Below are positions 22,051-37,100 of a DNA stretch of 64,000 bases, piece after piece. The stretch lies in the NCBI GenBank assembly GCA_016748015.1, contig JAAOMT010000512.1, positions 1,932,893-1,996,892 of the forward strand. Direction: 5' to 3'. This stretch comes from Geosiphon pyriformis uo1 (taxonomy: Eukaryota; Fungi; Glomeromycota). Positions within the stretch are counted from its first letter, which is position 1; every line of letters begins with the position of its first letter. The notes below the pieces were generated by a model. It worked only from the letters and a program-made list of their open reading frames with translations, was not told the origin of the DNA and did not search any database. A program made the translations under genes and the position numbers.

Positions 22051-24861
22051 TTTTTTTGGTATTTATATATTTGTTTTACTTAATTCAGCTTTTTATATGT
22101 AAATTGTGTTTAATAATAGTTTTAGATTTTGTAATATATTTTTAGATCTAATTAATAAAATTTGTGTTTTTAGTTGAGATATAAATAACAACAATTTTTG
22201 TGTTGTGTAATAAAGTTTTAAACAATTTTAATGTACAGCTTTCTTTAAAATTCTGTTTTTTAATTATAATTTATAAGCTTTATTGTTCAAAATTTTATGT
22301 ATGTAAAATAATTAATTCTACTTTAGGTCAAATTTTTTATTTCACTGTTTTTTAATTCTAGTATAATATAATAATACTTGGTCTTCAATTTTTAATTTAA
22401 TTAATTGGTCTAAAAAACAATTATTATGTCTTTTTTTCTATTATTTTTAAAAGTTACTAATATTGTTAGCTGTTGTTTTACAATTGTTTTTTAATATTTT
22501 TATAAGCTAATATGTTTTTTAGTATAAAATAACTTTAAAGTTTTCTTTGGTAATTGTTTTTATTAAGAAGAAAGATATTTTTAGTTCAATAAATAGTATG
22601 GCTTTTCTTTTATATATTAGTTTAAATAATATAAATTGAATCATATTTTGTTTTAATATTTGATATATAAATAAGTTTTATTTTTGCATATTTTTGTAAC
22701 TTTTTTTTACTAGTATTTTGTACAATATTTAGTTAAATTGTTTTATTAATTCATTTGTCTAAAAATAATATAAAAATAACAAAGATTTTTTTATTTTAAA
22801 TTTTTGGCTTAATTTTATTAAAGTATTGTTGATAAAGTAAGTTTTCTAATTAGATGATAATTTTTTTGGACATCTATATTTGCAAATTAGATCTTAATAT
22901 ATAAATTCAGTTACTGTTTTAATATCTACAACTAAAATGGCTCAGATTTTTGATTATTTTATAAGATAATCTATAACTATTATAATATATTAATTTTTTT
23001 TCATAGTAATTAAAAAAAATGAAATTAAATAAATCCTAATTCTATCAAATAAATTTTCAACTAAAATAAGTCAAAATAGTTTTGTTACTTTGGTTTCTTC
23101 TTTTTTTTAACAAAAATCACAATTAAGAATATACATAAAATTATTTTTATATATTATTAACCAATAGTATAGATTAATTGTTTTTTTTAAGATAGTATTT
23201 TTATTAAAATATTTTACTGTTGGATTAGAGTACATATTAAACAAAACAATTTTTCTTTTATTATCTTTTATAACTTGTTGTAATGTAGTATAATTTCGAT
23301 ATTTTCAGCAATATAATTGGTTATTATAAATAAGATAGTTTTAAATTTGTTTCTATATAGCACTTTGTTTTTGTTGAGATGGTTTTTTTTAAACTGAAGT
23401 ATTAACAAATATTGGTATAATTGTTGATAAGTAATTATGTCTATTAGTATGGAATTAGATTTAAGTTATTTTTGACAAGCTATTGATATTGGTATTTTTA
23501 GTTTCTTTTTTATAATATACTTTGTATAAAAATTACTGTAAATAAGTACTTCATTTTGTATATTTTTTTTCAAGTTATGGTTTGCTAAATAATTAAATAA
23601 GTCTTTTATAATCAATATATAAATCAAATAATTAACAAAAATAATATTTCCAGTTTTATATAGTCTAATAAATAACAAAACACTCTAAATCTATAAAACT
23701 ATATTTTTTTTGGTTGTACTAGTGCTTTTATTAACATAAATAACTAAATGTTTTCTATTATCTAGTTTAATTTAAGATAAAACTGCTTTAAAAGCATTTT
23801 TTAATATATTAGTAACTACAATAAATTGTTTATTAAAATCCAAATATATTAATATTAAAACTTTAATAAATTGGTATTTGAAATAATTAAAAGCTTTTTG
23901 TTGTTTAATTTTTTACATATATAATACATATTTTAAGAGCAAATAGTAAAAGAGTTAGACAATATTAGAAAACTTTTTAATAAAACAATAGTAATATTTA
24001 GTAAGTTTTAAAAAATTATATAGTTTACAAAAATTGATTAAAGTAGAAAAATTTTTAACTTTCTGAACTTTGTCTAAATTTAATTTTATTTTACTTTTTT
24101 CTAATAATATATTTTAGGAATTTATGTTTGGTTTTTTCAAAGAAATATTTATTAGGATTAAGTTTCAATTTCACATTTCAGAAACAATCAAAAACTTGTT
24201 AAAAGTAGAGTAAATAATCATCAAATATTTCTAAAAACATATTAATATTATCTAAGTAAACAATAATTAATTTTCATAGAAATCTTTTATATATAACATT
24301 TATTAAATATTAAAAGATAACAAAATTCAAAAAGCATTATATTAAACTTAAAATTTCCATTTTAAATAATAAAAACAATTTTTTTTTATTAATTAAGTTT
24401 ATTTTAACTTGTTTAAATTTAATAACAAGAACCATTTTTTGTTTTTTAAATTGTTTAAAATTTTTTGGATTAGAAAAGTTAAATAGTTGTTTTCTTAAAT
24501 TATATTGTTAATTTTTTAGTAATTAACACAAAAATAAAATTTTTCATTCTTTTTTGTAACTAGAAAAACAGATAAAAACCATAGATTTAATAATTTTTTT
24601 ATTAATCTATTGTCTAATATTTGTTGTATTTTTTGTTTAATTAAATTATTTTTATCTAAGATAATTTAATAAACTTATTGTTTAATAAGTTTGGTATTTT
24701 CAATATCAATTTTATGCTTTACAATTTTAGTGCATCCAAATTTGTTTTTGTTAATAAAAATATTAGTATATTGGTTTAAGAGAATTTTAAGTTATATTTA
24801 CTAAAAGATACTTAAATTTTTCAAATTAAGTTTATTAATTTCTTCTGTAATAAATAGATAG

Positions 24862-25681
24862 TGTTACAGTTCAAGAATTTAATAAGAATTATAAATAATA
24901 TAAATTAGCCAATCATGAAATAGCACAGCAACAATTTATAAAAAGAAATGATTTACAAATAACAGCAAGCACTATTTTACAATAGCAACAAGCACTATTG
25001 TGCAAAAGCAGTAAGTACTATTTCACAATAGCAGCAAGCACTATTTAGAAATAATGGAAATAGAGTATTACAAGACATTATTTTGTAAAACAATAATTAT
25101 ATATATATACAATAGTTTTTAATGATGAAAAAAAAAACAGCTTCAATTCGAAGCAACAAATATCTAAATAAAATCTTATTCAAAAAAAGAATTAATAAAA
25201 AAATTATAAATTGAATGAACATTACAATTACGAGATTAACAATAGAATTCACATATCTTTTCTAGTGAATGAAACTATCATTCTATCTTTGAACTCTTTA
25301 AAAAAATAATTACTGATTAAGATTATTCATGTGGTTACTAATTAAATTGAAAAAGCTTTATTATATACTTAGAGAAATCACAAAAAGGCCATTAACATTT
25401 TGTGTTTTTAGATTAAAGAAACACATCAAGCAATTGCAAAGATAGTCTCAGAAAAAACTCCAGACAGCAGATAGATTTCAAATTAGCCTCTGAGAAAAAG
25501 TACACAACATACAAAGACAACTAGAATTAAAGAGAAAATTTACATTACAACATCAAGAGAAAACCTTTAGTACATTATCATTAATATCCAACACATAAAA
25601 TAAAGGAACTCATGAGAGACTAATTGCAATTAAAATAGGAGATCAATAATTAAAATATACCAAAAAAACACTTTTGTAATA
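24862..25681 (+). repeat. Solo LTR of the Gypsy A family inserted in Gypsy C
   Basis: Reverse complement of 17743-18557; TGTTACAG...GTAATA; perfect 4-bp TSD ATAG (24858-24861 and 25682-25685). Confidence 0.93.
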
Positions 25682-26079
25682 ATAGCTTTTTTTTAACATG
25701 TTTTATATTTAAAACATAATATTACAGAACAGAAATAGTTGTGTAAAATCAAAAATAAATTGTGGCTTTCTAAAATCTTAAATATCTATGATAATATAAC
25801 CAATAAAAGTTTTTTTAGAAATTTGAATAAAATTTTCTGTAAAATTGTAAATAAAAATTTTGAAGTATTTATAAACTTTAGCAAATATATAAAGATTTGT
25901 AATATTTGTTATGTAAAAAAATTTTGAAACAGTTTTAAACAATAAAACTTGATCTTAAATTTTTTATTTTACTTTTATTATATATTGTTAATATAATAGA
26001 ATTAAAATTATTATATTAATATAGATAAGTTTTATCTTGTTACTAATATTTTTTACAAAATTAACTTGTATATTTTCTT

Positions 26080-26470
26080 TTTTATTAAACTCAAATTCTT
26101 GAATTTTTTAAGTAATAAGTCTTAATTTTTTTTTGCATTGCTATTAAAGTCAATTAAGAGATCTTAACAAGAAAAAAAAGATAACTTATGTAATTTTTTC
26201 TTAAAATTTAATTATATAAGGCTTATTAGAATTATTTTAAAGCATTATAATTATATTTCTTATATATCTAACATTAATTATTTCTTTTTTAACATTAATT
26301 TCTTTGTTTACAAGATTAGATCAAGATGTAATTTGGATTATAATATTAATAAAAAATTAAAGCTAATTTAAGATCTATTTTTATAAAGAACTGAAGTGCT
26401 ATAACTATAAAAAATTGTTCAGAATATCTCAAATTAAATTTGGTATTACTGACATATGCTTTTTTAAAAC
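26080..26470 (-). pseudogene. dut: Gypsy C decayed dUTPase
   Basis: KKAYVSNTKFNLRYS...IKIDLKLAL...ITS*SNLVNKEINVKKEIINVRYIRNIIIML*NNSNKPY...EKIT*VIF; colinear with the A and B dUTPases after G>A/C>T reversion. Confidence 0.75.
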
Positions 26471-29400
26471 ATATTTTTTTATTGTTGTGTTATATTATTT
26501 TAGTTCTAATTTTTTTAAAAATTAGAATAAACAAAATATTATTCTATTTTAATAACTAAATTTGACTCTTAAAATATTATGTCTTTTATTACTAATATAT
26601 TTTTTTTTGAATTTTTTGAATTTAAAGATAGAATAAAGTATTTGTGAAAATATATTGAACAAAAAATCACATTTATTACAATATTAAAAATAATAAGAGA
26701 TTAAATAATAATTATATAGTTTTGTATTAAAATCAGTTAATTTTTGTTTTTATTTTTTTTAGATAAAGACAAGTTTTTAATACTGGTCTTAGAATGTTTT
26801 AAAATTATCAGTAAACAAATTATTTTTTTTTTTATAGTTGTTAAAGCATTTTTTGTGGTGTGTACTTTCTTAATCATAATATATTCTCATTTTACAATAG
26901 CTTTTTTCCAAATATTTTTTTCATTATAAGAATATAAATTTAGTTAATTTATTGTTTAACTGTAGGCAACAGTAAATAAGGTTTTTTTTGAAATCAATTA
27001 TTAATTAGAATAGTGTACTAACAAGATTTATTACATATTTTTTTTTTGTCAAAAATATTATTTTATAGTTTTTTATTGGAAAAAATTTTATCATATGTAA
27101 AGCACAATATATTATCCTATTTGTTTTGTTATTTGGTCACTCAAATTATTCTAATACATAAGAGTAACAATAATATTTGATGACAATTGGCTATATTTTA
27201 TTATTTTTTATATATGTACTTATTAAAAACAATTTTTTTTCACAATTTATACAGACCAATTTTGGAAAATAATAAATCTGATTTCTTTAATTCAGAAATA
27301 CATAAACAAAAATTAATGCTTGTGGCTTTTTTTTTGTTTTTTATTTGCCTTTTTTTTTCTTAAATAAGTAATAGTAGTAGTTTTATGTTAAAATTATTAG
27401 TCTAAGAAATTTGGTAAGTTTATAAAATCGACTGGATTACAATTTTTTTAAATTTGATAAAAGACTATTTAATAATAGCTGTTTTAAAATGTTTACAAAT
27501 GATAAAAATATGAGTATGTTGGCTGTTAAACAAAATTTGAAGTTTTTGTGTATTTTAATTAAGAATAGCATAAGCTTTGATTAGCCAGTTATTGTTAATT
27601 AGAGCTTAGTATTGAGTTGTTTTATTACTAAACCTTTTATAAAAATTATGATTCTATTAATGTTAAAGAAACAATTATTAATTTTTTTTAATTAATGTTT
27701 TGGTATTTTCATTAGCTATAATAATTTTGGCAGTAATAGTCTAATTAACTCAGTAATCTAATTAATCTATAAGTTGTTTTGTAATTATGTTGTCTGTTAA
27801 TTTACTGTTAAATATTAGTTTAATGTTTATTTTTTCTATTTTGACATTAGTATATAATTAATTTATAGTTAATAACAGATTTACTAAAGAAGTTAAAAAT
27901 GTTTTAACTGTTAATATTAAATAAAAATATGATTACAAAAGTTTTATCTTCAGTAATTGTGGCCAAAAAAATTATATTAAAAGTGGTCTGATTGTTGTTA
28001 AAAAAAATGATTGGTAATTTCAATTACAGTTTTTTCTTTTAAAAGTACAATATTATCAAAATTCAGAGTTTTTATAAAATTAAAATATAAAGTCTGGTTT
28101 AGATATTTTAGTAGAATTGCTTAAAGTAGTAGGTTGTTATAATTTATAATTTAAAGTAACACTGTAATAAATTAAGTTTAATTTTTACTGTTGTTTTGTT
28201 ATTTTTGATTATAGTTAATAATTCGAAATTTTAAGTTGCTATATTATAAAATTAAATACTAAAATAGTATTTATAATATTGTTTGTAGATGTTGATAATA
28301 ATTTTAAAGTGGCTAAAATAAGTATTATAATTGTTGATATTAAAATAAGGAATATTAAAATTTCATAAATTATAGATATTTGAGAAATTATTAATATTGG
28401 TTTTTATAATTCTGGTTTAATAGTTTTTTGTAGCAATTTCTTGTAATGTAATCAGATTTCTGACAATAATAATAATTATGTGAATCTTGTTTTTAAAGTT
28501 GTTGTTACTGTTGGTATTATTATTATTGTTAGTATTTTGTAATATTATTATTTTTTTAACATTATAAAAACTGATATGTTTTTGAATTTTTGGCAAAAAT
28601 TCCTTAATTTTTTGAGTTAATTTCTCATTTAATTGAGTAAGCTTTGTATTAATATCAGAAATTTTATTTATAATCAAATTAATAGCTTAAATATAATTTA
28701 TTTCTTGTTTTGTTAATTTAAAGTCACAAACAAGTATTATTGTCTTTTGTAAAATACTAAGATATCAAAGTCTAATAAATTAAAGAATACTACTTCTTAA
28801 TCTTTTAATAAATTAATTCAAAATTTGGCCAAAAATATAATAGTCTTGTTTGATAGCTTGAATTTAATAAAAAATTTAATTAAATTGGTTAAGATAAGTG
28901 ATGACTGCTTTATAATTTTTTTGTTTTATAATATTAAATTGATTCTGTAGTCGAATTAGAGTATTAGAATTGCAGAAATACTATAAAAAAACAAATTTAA
29001 AGATAGCAAAGTCAGTTGGCTTTTCATTAAGATTTTGGTACTACAAGTTTACAGTTTTAGTTAAAAAAAAAGTAAGACTTAAATTGTTCTAATTTTATTT
29101 TAATTGTTGATTATAATTGCTTTTTTAACTTCTATAATCTATATATATGTATCTTTTTTTTATTAAAAATTTTTTTTAGTTTAATAATGTTTTTGTAAGT
29201 TATAATTAAAGTAATAAAAAGTTGTTTATTTTTTGACAAAAAAGTTATTAAAAAAAATATGTTTATTGGTTTTGTTAAACTTAAAACTAGTTGTTTTTTT
29301 TTGTTAATTGCTATAATAAATTAAAATAAAAATGTTTCTTTTTAGAAAGTAATTGTTAATTTGGCTAGTAGTTTTAATGTTTGTTGTTTTAAAAAAAAAA

Positions 29401-30091
29401 ATTTTAAAAAGTGGTATTTGTTATAAGAATAAGATTTTTAAACAATGTTTTATATTTTTTAATAATTTGGTTTAGAAATTTTTGTTGAAGTTTTAAGGAT
29501 AAAAATTTTTGAGAGTTTTTAGAGTTTTTGGTTGTAAGTTGTTTGGTTAATTTAGTAAAATTTTGTTTTCTGGAGTTTAATAATAAAATAATATTGTTAA
29601 TAAAAGAAATCTTGACTTTTTGCTTATTGTAAGTTAAAGTTTTTTTTATATAAATGGCTATTAGATATAGTTTTTTGTATTCAACTTGAATTTTTTAGAA
29701 AAAACTTTTATGCTACAATTTTTTTTAAGCTGTAAATTATAATTTTTTGTGTATTTTTCAATTTTTTGTCAATAAGAAAAAAGATTTCTGTAATTGTTTT
29801 TTTGGTGGTTGAAATTAAGTATTATAATAAGTATTAGTAAATTTGTTTCTGAATTTTTTAGTATTTGCTGTTTTGTTTAAATGATAATAAACTTTGGTAT
29901 ATATATAATAAAAAAAATTACTTTTAGCTGCAATTGTTTCTTTTGAAATTTCTAAGTTTTTTCAAAAGTGTTAGTATATTGCTTTTCTAAAAGATAAATA
30001 ATTTTTTTTGATTATTTTAATAGTTATTACTTTATAAGTTTTCTAAATGCTCTGTCTTTGTAAATTTTATAATCTTACAAAAAACACCAAA

Positions 30092-31118
30092 TATTATAGA
30101 TAAACTTAAATAAAATAAGATTATAACTTTTAGTGCTTATTATTTAATAATAAAAGCTAATTAAGCATTAATATAATAGTTTTTTTGGTTAAGTTAATTA
30201 TTAATTTCTAAAAGTTTTTTTGTTTAAAGTTATATCTATTAAGTTTTTTTGTTATAAAATACAGAGTTTTGGTTTTTTTAATTATACTATTTTCATTGTA
30301 TTTTTTTTTGAGCTAGTAAATACAGTCACTAAAATTTGGTATTGTTTTTTATTTTTTTAATAAACTAACAAAATAAAGTTAATATTTAAACTTAAAAAAA
30401 GCTTTTCTCTTTTACCAAACTATTATAAAATTTATTTTCAAATAGTTGATTTTTAATATTGCTAGTTTACAAGTAAGAAGAAAAAAATAAAGATAAAATA
30501 AAAAAAATAAAAAAAATAAAAATAAAAATAAAAATAAAAATTAGTATTATTAATTATTATAATTAAAAGCAATTAGTCTAAGTTATTAAGATTCTAAGAC
30601 TGTTTTATGCTAATAATATCTGGCTTAAAGTAAAAATAACAGAGACAATTGGTTTAATTTTAATAATTAGAATATTAAAATTATATATAAATAATTTGAA
30701 ATAAGAAGATTTTATTAAATTAGTTTAAAATATATATATATAATAAAGTTGTTTTTTCTAAAATTAAAAGATTTTAAAAAGAAGTTATTTTTGTTTTTTT
30801 TTGCTTGTTTTTTTATCAGTTAAAATTACTCATTTTTATATATATTCTCTAATTTTACAAAATTGTTTTTAATTGCTTATTATTATTAATTATTGCTTAC
30901 TATTTTTATTATTGATTTGTTTTTTTATACTATAATTAATTTTTTTATATTATGACTAGTTATTTTGTGTTATTTTATGTTATTGTATATTATCTTGTAT
31001 TATTCTAAATTATTTTGTATTATTTTATATTATTTTACATTATTTGTTTTTTCTATATTATTATATATTAATTACGTTTTTTCAATAGTTTTGAATTGGT
31101 TTTTTTATTCAAATAATA
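30092..31118 (-). repeat. 5' LTR of Gypsy C
   Basis: Pairs with 20387-21357; adjacent to the PBS-like site. Confidence 0.88.
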
Positions 31119-34100
31119 TTGGTTATAATACTAAAAGTAAAAATAAAAAGCCTTTGAATTTTTATATTAATACCTTAAAAATAAAATAATTTAACTTTGA
31201 AAAGATAGCAATTTTTCTTTTTGATTTATGTAATTTTAGCTTTAATAATAATAATAATACTATAGATTTTTTTATTTTTATTAACTAATTTTATTTTATA
31301 ATTAAAGCTCATATCAAAAAAAAACTTTAATTTAATTAAATTATTTGTATTGAATATCAACTTTTTGGTTATGTTTAACAAAAATCTAAATAACAAATTT
31401 AAGTTTATTAAAAATTTTTTTTTAATATTAATAGTTTTAGAGAAACATTAATTTTTTCAAAATTCCAAGAAATTATTAAAGCATTGTTTATGTCTAAATT
31501 TAGTTTTGAGGCTACAAAGCAGTTAACTATAGAAAAAAAAATTTTAAGTAATGTCAATCTAAAAAAAATTAACATTAGATTAAATTGAAAAATAATAGTC
31601 AAGAAGATTTCAGTGGATTTTTCTAAATTAGTAATTAAATTAATATTATCTAAATTTGGCAAAATTGTTTTTATTAGAATACAGTTTATTGGTTTTTGGC
31701 AAAAAATCTTAATAAAATTTTAAAATTTTAAAATTACTGATTTAATTATGGCCAAATAATTAATCTTATTAAGAAAAAATTCAATACAAATTGTTAAAAC
31801 TAACATTAAAAAACATATTTGGGATCTAAAAAACCATTATTATACTCTTTTATATACTCTTTTGATAAGCATAACTGTTTATAATCTTTTGAGTTTGATA
31901 TAAATTTAATATAAAAAAATATGTTTTATTTCTTACAACTTTGTTTTTTATGTATAAACACATTGTATTATTATGTGTTTTAAGTTGGCTATAGTTAAAA
32001 ACACTGTTATTTGTTCAATTTTTGTATTTAAAAGTATTAATCTGGTTTAAACTAATTTATTTTTTCTTAAGTGTACTAAGTATAAAAAATTTGGTTATAT
32101 TTCAATTATATGTAATATTAATTCTAAACTATTTGGTTAAAATTCAAAAAAAAAATTATTTTTAAAGTTAGATAAAAGTTATTTTATTCTTATTTATGCC
32201 AAAAAGCAAGTCTTTATATCTTATTTAGTCTTATTTAGTAGTATAATATAAGCTTTTATAATAAATAGTAGTTTAAAGCATATTTTTTTCAAGTTATTAA
32301 CTGATGTCTCTTTGAAAAATATATTGTTTAGCAGTTTAAAAAAAGTTCCTGCTGTTTTAATTTTGACTTTCAGACTAAACATTTTTGAATGCTTTTTAAA
32401 GTTTTTGTTTGATTATATTGCTAATATTTTTTGCAAATTAAATACATTTTTTTTCAGTTGTTTTTAATTTACATTGTAAAAACATCTGTTTTTGATGCTG
32501 TTTTAGTATTGAACATGGTCATTAATAAGTTGTTGTTTATTTTTTTTGCTTTGTGTATTAATTTTAGTGTTTTTTAAGACATGTTTTTTAATAAATCTAA
32601 AGTCTTAACCACCAAAATTAGTAACCTAAAAGCTAGCATGATAGTTTTAAAGAGTTCAATTCAATTTATTATGAATAAATTAAAGTTTTTTGGTTTGAAT
32701 AATAATGTAATATTCTTTTTTGTTTTTAATAAATAATTTAACTTAAAAAATAATTACATATAATATTAAAAAAATAAATATTTTTGTCAAACAAAATAAT
32801 ATTATTAAGTGATATAAAAAATTACAAAATAATATATTAATTATTATTAAAACTAAATTTTATTTTAATATTAAATCTTAAATTGCAAGTAAGTTTTTAA
32901 ATATAAAAGTATTTATTTCTAATTTGGATTTTGATTATTTGGATATTAGTATTGCTTTAATTATAAATAAATATTTAATTAAACATGTTTTTAAAATTTT
33001 AAAAATTCTTGGTAGGTTTTTATTAATCTATTTATTATTCAAAAACAAACAACCAGTTTTTGTATTAGAATTATATATTAACATATTTTTAAAAAAATTT
33101 AGATTAAGCTATTGCTATTAATTTTTTTAAAGTTTTTTTGTTATTTTGGAAAGTAATTTTAATAAAAATAATATTAAACATAGTATTAACTTCAAAAGAT
33201 ATATAAATTTAAATTTGGTTAATTTTTTGGTTAGTAGTTTATTTATTAAGTTTTTTATTTAAAAAAACTTCAAAAATATTAAGAAAATTATTGTTTTTAT
33301 TTTTATTTTGCCCAACTTGGTAAATACACTGGCTAATAAAAAAGTTATAAATATAATTTTTTTTCAATACTAATTACAATACAATTTACATTATTGTTGG
33401 TTTTAGTGGTCTCTTAAATTTAATTTTAAGATTATTTTATATATAAGCTAATAAAAATCAATAAAATTTAATATTAAAAATATTAATAATATAAAATAAA
33501 AATTGTTCAGAATTTTAATACTTGATACTGCTATTATATTTATTAATAATTTTGTTGTAGTAAAAAAACTTTAAGATATAAATAAAATGTAAAATATTGT
33601 TTATAAAATAGTTAATTTTTTAGCAAATGAGATACTTTTTAAGTTTTGGTTTAAAAACTATATTAGTGTTTTTATAAAATCTTTATTTTGTTTTTATAAA
33701 TTAGAAACTTTGGTTATTAAACTAATTAAAACATTTTATTTGGTTCCAAGTAATATATTTAATCTGTTTTTAAGACTTTAAATTTCTTTAAATGCTAATA
33801 CTGTTTTTAGTGTAAAATTGTTTATTAATTTAAATGCTTATTTTAATGTTGTTTGATTTGTTTTATCAAAAATTAGAAAGTTATACTGAATTTTTAAAAT
33901 AGTAGAATTCTAATATGCTAAAAAAATACATATTAACTTTACTACTAACAGACAAATAAAAAGTTTTAAGACAAATAAAAGCCATACTATTTAAAATGTT
34001 CTAAAGTATTTTTTTTATAAAATACTATTAAATTATGTAGTTATTGGAAAAAAATTGGTATTGAAGTCTGAACTGGTTAAATTTAAGATAAATATTATTA

Positions 34101-37100
34101 TAAAGAATTGGACAAGAAAACAAAGTGTTGGATGAAGTATCTAAGATATAATATTGTTAATATCTTCTTTTAGATTATATTATTAATAATGTTTTTTTTA
34201 ATATTATGTGTTCTATTGGTTTTAGTGACTTGTTGAATGAAAATAGTAAAATTGCTTAATAGAAAAGCAGTTGGTTTTTCTGGTATTTTAAATAAATTGT
34301 GAAAATATTATGACAAAATAATATTAAACATGCTTTTAGATCTATTGAATTTGTGTTTAATATATGAATTAATTTCATAATCTTAAAAAAAAGTTTGGGT
34401 TTTAATGATTCTCAAATCTTATAAATAAGAAAGTATTTAATAAATACTTATTCTATTGCTTTAATTGAAACTGCTTGAAAATTTTTTTCAAAATTCTTTT
34501 AAATAAAATTTTTCTGATATATAGCAAGCTTAATATTTTTTATAGAAATAATTGTTTAATTTTAAAGAATACAATAACACAATTTTCTATTTTTATAATT
34601 AAATTAATGATAAAAGATGTACTAAAAAAAAATTGTGAACTTTAGTTAATTTTGTAAAATATATACAAGATATATAATTCTGTGAATTAAGAATATTTAA
34701 AATATAATCTAAATAAAATTAAAATATGTAACAAATTCATTAGAATTTTTGGTAGTATTTATAATAATTATTTTAATCAGATTATGACTAATTTTGGCTT
34801 AACAAATAAATATTATATATATAATAGATTGAATTAAAATAAAATGTTCTTATTTTTTTTTTAATAAATATTCTATAATCTCTTTTTGTACAAGATTAAG
34901 AAGCAGAAAAGTATATGTAATTATAAAATTGATTTTAGATTTGTTGCTAAAATTAATTATATTAAAATTAAGCTAGTATGACAATATTTCTTATTACTAA
35001 TGTTTTTGTTAATAATAAAATTTAAATAAAGTGTAATTAAGCAGCAATCTAACATATTTTAAATATTACAAGTAATTTTTTTGGTTTAATAATATTTCAA
35101 TTAATAATGATAAAATAGTAACTATTTTAATTAATTACAAAGTTACAAATTTTTTTTTGTTAATTAGTAATTTGCCAATTTTTATAATAAAAAAGAAAAA
35201 TTTTTACAGATATTTAAGTATTTATTTGTTAATAAAGAACTTGTCTAAACCTAATTTAGCAAAAACTTATTTAAATATTAAATTTTTTGCTAATATTATT
35301 TTAAAAAAGTTATTTTTAATAATCAATTTATGTATTTGGTCTCATTAATGCTTTATTTTATTGTTAGTTATAGGATTTAATTCAGTTTTATTTCTAATAA
35401 TGTGTGTAAAAAATAGAATACTGTGATTTATAAAAACTTAAAATTAAAATCATGTTTGTTTTTAACTTTTTTAAATAATTTAATTAATTATTTTTTTTTG
35501 AAAACTTTCAAATAAGTACAAGTTGAAGATAATTAGCTTTTATATTGTGCTTTTCTAACATATATAATATTTTAAACTATTTATTCAAATATAAATTTAT
35601 TGATTTACAAGTTTAAAGTTGGTTTTTTTACTATTTTTTATGTTATTTGATTTGTTTTAAAGTTAGTCTTATTAACAATTTTCTGGTTGACATAATTTAT
35701 GTTTTTTGTGAATTTAATTTATTTTTAATTAATTTGTTGTATTTAATATTTTGCTTTTATAATAGAACTCCTATATTAGTGGTTTTAGATAAATTTGTCT
35801 TTTTTAAGGTTTTTTATTTATTTAAGTAATATGGTGTCACTTTTATTAAACAGTTATATAATAAAAAAAATAGCATTTTTAACTAAAAAACTTTCAAATA
35901 TTAGAAAAAATTAGACTTTTATGGTCTTGTTTCTGGTTGGTTTAGATTTGTTATTAGTTTTTGGTTAGTATAGCTTTCTGTTTTGTTATTTTATCTTCTA
36001 AAATTAAGTTTTAATCTTTGAATATTTTTAATTTATATGAGTTTAATTTAGTTTGTAATCAGTTATTAAATACTAATATGATCTGTTTTTCTATTTATAC
36101 TGATAATTTTCTAAGTAATTTAATTTTTATTAATATAAAACTAATACTGCAATTTTTTTTAAGAATGTAAATATGAGTTTAAATATTAAAATTTCAAAGT
36201 TGATTTTATTTATTATGACTAAATTACAAGTTATTGTATTTGTCTTAAAATGTGTTCCTTCTTTTTATAAAATTAATTTGTTTTTTGATAATTAAATAAC
36301 TTTAAATATATGTTGTTTAGAGTTGGTTTTGGCTTTTTTAGACTTTTATAATCATTATTGAGTTAAGTGTTAGCATATTGCAAACATTATAAAAAAAAAA
36401 TTTATGTATTAATTAATATAAAATTAAAGAATACTTGAATGTTTTGGATAATAAAAAAGCTAATGTTTTAATTGGTGCTGTCTTATTTTTAGATGTAATA
36501 TTTCTGGTATGTATATAAAAATATTTTATTAAAACTAATAATAAAGTTATTTTAAAAAATGTTAAATATTTTGTTTATAGAATTTTTTAGACAATCTATT
36601 ATGCTTATTAAAAAATTGGATTTAGAATTCATGTTTTGAAAACCAGTCTGCTTAAAAATATAGACTATATTAAATTAGTACTTGTATAATATATTAATTT
36701 TTATATAATAGGTGGTTTTATAAGCAAATTTATAATTAAATTATGTTTTTATTTTATAAAAACTTTATACTATAAGTTGCTTATAACTGTATATAAGTGT
36801 TAATATAATAAATATTATCATAACATTTTATGTCTGTTTTCTAAAAAAATTAAGTTTTCAAATCATGTTTTTTTGTGCAAATTAAATAATAATATTTATA
36901 AAAAGCTATTAAATACTTATGTAGTTATTTAAGAAATATTTTCTGTTTTATTAAGTTAATATTATAGGTTTTTCAATTATTTTTTTTGTGTTTTTTTGAT
37001 ATTATAATGTATTTGGCTTTATATAAAAAGTTTGTTTTTAAGAACTGGTTTTATAAGTTTTTTTTAATTTTTAAAAATATTAAAATTGCTGGCAGTAAAG

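Larger units (their letters stand above)
20387..31118 (-). mobile_element. Ty3/Gypsy element C, old and heavily decayed, nested in LINE D ORF1
   Basis: LTR pair, PBS-like TGGTGTTTTTTGTAAGA at 30072-30089, decayed gag/PR/dUTPase/RT/IN/ORF3 remnants in Gypsy order. Flanks TTAA and TTGG fit a G>A-decayed 4-bp TSD. Confidence 0.85.

Noticed and set aside
17743-25681. Large inverted repeat as TIRs of a DNA transposon or an inversion
   Set aside because: The second copy has its own TSD (ATAG) and the first abuts a PBS, so they are independent LTR insertions.
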